64,000 nucleotides of DNA. Origin: Bacteroidales bacterium. GTDB lineage: Bacteria > Bacteroidota > Bacteroidia > Bacteroidales > WCHB1-69. The DNA lies in contig JAFZZT010000002.1 in the NCBI GenBank assembly GCA_017615595.1, forward strand, positions 9,199-73,198. The letters are read 5' to 3'. A program made the position numbers and the translations under genes. Numbering within the stretch: the first letter of the stretch is position 1; every line of letters begins with the position of its first letter. Below, piece after piece: positions 62,638 to 64,000 of the stretch. The notes under the pieces are model-generated. The model ran no database searches and had not been told where the DNA came from. It saw nothing but the letters and a program-made list of their open reading frames with translations.

Positions 62638-63714
62638 CTACTGCATCGCCTCCACAATCCACTGTCTGAAAAACGGATCCTCCAGCTCGTAATGATCCGA
62701 ATAAATCACGTAGCCGTCCTTCTGAAGGCGTTTTAGGGCGCTATAGACTGTGCTCGTCGGGTATTCGCGCGATTGTAGCGGTCTGTTGGAGGCTAAATGC
62801 TGCAAAATCCACTTGTTCGTCCGTTTGAAATTCATCCAGAGTCGCTCATAGTCCAGTCCGTGAGCCTTCACAATATGGTCGATGGCCGCCGCAATGGGAT
62901 CCTCCGTCTCGGGCTGCAGCACTCCCACCTGCCACACATTTGCCGCCAACTGCTGCGAATAGTACGGATGACAGCCCGTATAGTCCAAAATACGGTCCGC
63001 CAAGGCATCTTCACACCCTTTGAAACAGCCGACTAAACGCTCCGACAAATAACGGTGGAAATCCTCGCGCGGCAACTTGCTCAACCGCATCAGCTCGCCA
63101 AAATGGTAAAATGGGGACTTCTTGTTCTCAAAGATATCCGTCATCATGCTCTCCTGGCTTCCGAGCAGAATATAGTTGATGTGCTTCTGCTCCTGCATGA
63201 TGGAACGGAGCTGCCGGTCCAGCCTCGGCGCGATTTCAAGAATGTCCTGGAACTCGTCCAGCACGACAATGATTCGGTCCTTCTCAGAATGCGCCCTTTC
63301 AATTAGCGTCAACACATCCTCCAGCAGTACTGCACCATCCACTCCGGGCTGGAATGAAACATCCATCGCTCCTGTCACAGGATTCGCGGATACCGTCGGG
63401 ATGATTCGGAAATGCGTGATGAGATGTCGGACACGCTCCAACGGATGCACTTTGAAGAATTCCTTCAAGAGCTTAGCGGACAAATCTGCCACCGAAGTCA
63501 CCTGCTGCAAGTTCACCGTGATGTGCTTGCGCCCCGTCTGCTTCACCGCTTTCGCCACAACGCTGCTCTTGCCGAATCGCCTCGGGCTGATCAAAACCAA
63601 ATGGTTAGCACTCTTCACAAACTGGCAGATATACGCCACTTCCTCCACCCTATCGGTGAAGTACTCTTCTTCCACAATCGTGCCGAACTTAAAGGGGTTC
63701 TCCATACTTCGCAT
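62638..63714 (-). CDS. AAA-type ATP-binding protein (Arch_ATPase/DUF234-like) with C-terminal winged-helix-like region
   Basis: Walker A ISPRRFGKSSV and Walker B IIVVLDEFQDI. Length is 358 aa. Confidence 0.7.
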   Translation of the reverse strand: MRSMENPFKFGTIVEEEYFTDRVEEVAYICQFVKSANHLVLISPRRFGKSSVVAKAVKQTGRKHITVNLQQVTSVADLSAKLLKEFFKVHPLERVRHLITHFRIIPTVSANPVTGAMDVSFQPGVDGAVLLEDVLTLIERAHSEKDRIIVVLDEFQDILEIAPRLDRQLRSIMQEQKHINYILLGSQESMMTDIFENKKSPFYHFGELMRLSKLPREDFHRYLSERLVGCFKGCEDALADRILDYTGCHPYYSQQLAANVWQVGVLQPETEDPIAAAIDHIVKAHGLDYERLWMNFKRTNKWILQHLASNRPLQSREYPTSTVYSALKRLQKDGYVIYSDHYELEDPFFRQWIVEAMQ

Positions 63715-63752
63715 TTTTTCGTTACGAAATTTTTCGTAATCGTTTCACGCCG

Positions 63753-63760
63753 CAAAAATA
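63753..63760 (-). promoter_or_regulatory. Bacteroidetes -7 box (TATTTTTG on minus strand)
   Basis: CAAAAATA on the + strand, 39 nt upstream of the ATG at 63714. Confidence 0.5.
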
Positions 63761-63804
63761 CACAATTATGCGAATCGACAGGTGGGAAATTTGAATTATT
63801 ATTC

Positions 63805-64000
63805 CTATAGCCCCTCGATAATCCTGCGCCAGGTGGTGGAGAAGTACACGTTGCCGGGCACTTCATCCTTGCGGAGCTGCTTGCGTTTCGGGAAGCGGCT
63901 GTTCGGAGCGGTGGCGCGGTGACTCATGATGTGTTGTCCATTATGGTCAAGTTTGTGGACACAGGTCATCAAGGTGGTACCGCTGACCGGGCTGTTCTTC
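63805..64000 (-). CDS. 3' end of an unidentified gene entering from beyond the window
   Basis: Own reverse-strand translation is open from 64000 to the TAG (rc of 63805-63807): ...HRATAPNSRFPKRKQLRKDEVPGNVYFSTTWRRIIEGL*. I recognised no family. Confidence 0.3.
   Translation of the reverse strand, partial: KNSPVSGTTLMTCVHKLDHNGQHIMSHRATAPNSRFPKRKQLRKDEVPGNVYFSTTWRRIIEGL

Overview
This 64-kb segment looks like a Bacteroidales (Prevotella-like) chromosome; I cannot confirm the taxon without a database search. The evidence is Bacteroidetes-type TAnnTTTG -7 promoter boxes ahead of most transcription units, many lipoproteins and outer-membrane barrels, and a typical housekeeping set: miaA, yebC-like, pepP, Sir2 deacylase, PFK, SufB, TrxB, PepD, tRNA-Ala(GGC) and a GH78 rhamnosidase. 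I call about 55 protein genes, 1 tRNA, 3 terminators and 18 promoter boxes. Many long ORFs in the supplied track are antisense shadows of GC-rich genes or start-codon over-extensions, and I rejected those. By eye, not computed, core regions (about 1-29 kb and 47-64 kb) are mid-50s %GC. An accessory block at about 29-47 kb holds a BspA-type LRR protein and an interrupted, cas-less CRISPR-like repeat array. It also holds two deletion derivatives of one IS4-like element that bracket a strongly AT-rich five-gene operon (32.4-39.5 kb), followed by an Rhs/YD polymorphic toxin with an AT-rich C-terminal tip and an amidase locus. The operon encodes a Ser/Thr-kinase-like protein fused to a Ppx/GppA-type ASKHA domain, a TerY/YegL-like vWA protein, a MIDAS-less vWA-like protein, a PP2C phosphatase, and a protein with tandem OST-HTH/LOTUS domains plus a DUF3825-like tail. 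This is my best candidate for a new system: an expanded TerY-P/YegIKL-type vWA-phosphatase-kinase module on a mobile cassette. The second candidate is a tight four-gene operon at 16.3-22.0 kb. It encodes an RCK/RyR channel-like membrane protein, a stand-alone RyR domain, a membrane-anchored TIR protein and a TPR protein, and suggests a TIR-signal/RyR-effector pairing. Other oddities are heptad-periodic simple-sequence blocks in several intergenic regions, a riboflavin-kinase-GNAT fusion, a VOC plus Hdr-like Fe-S membrane cluster, and a domain shared between the post-Rhs ORF and the amidase C-terminus.
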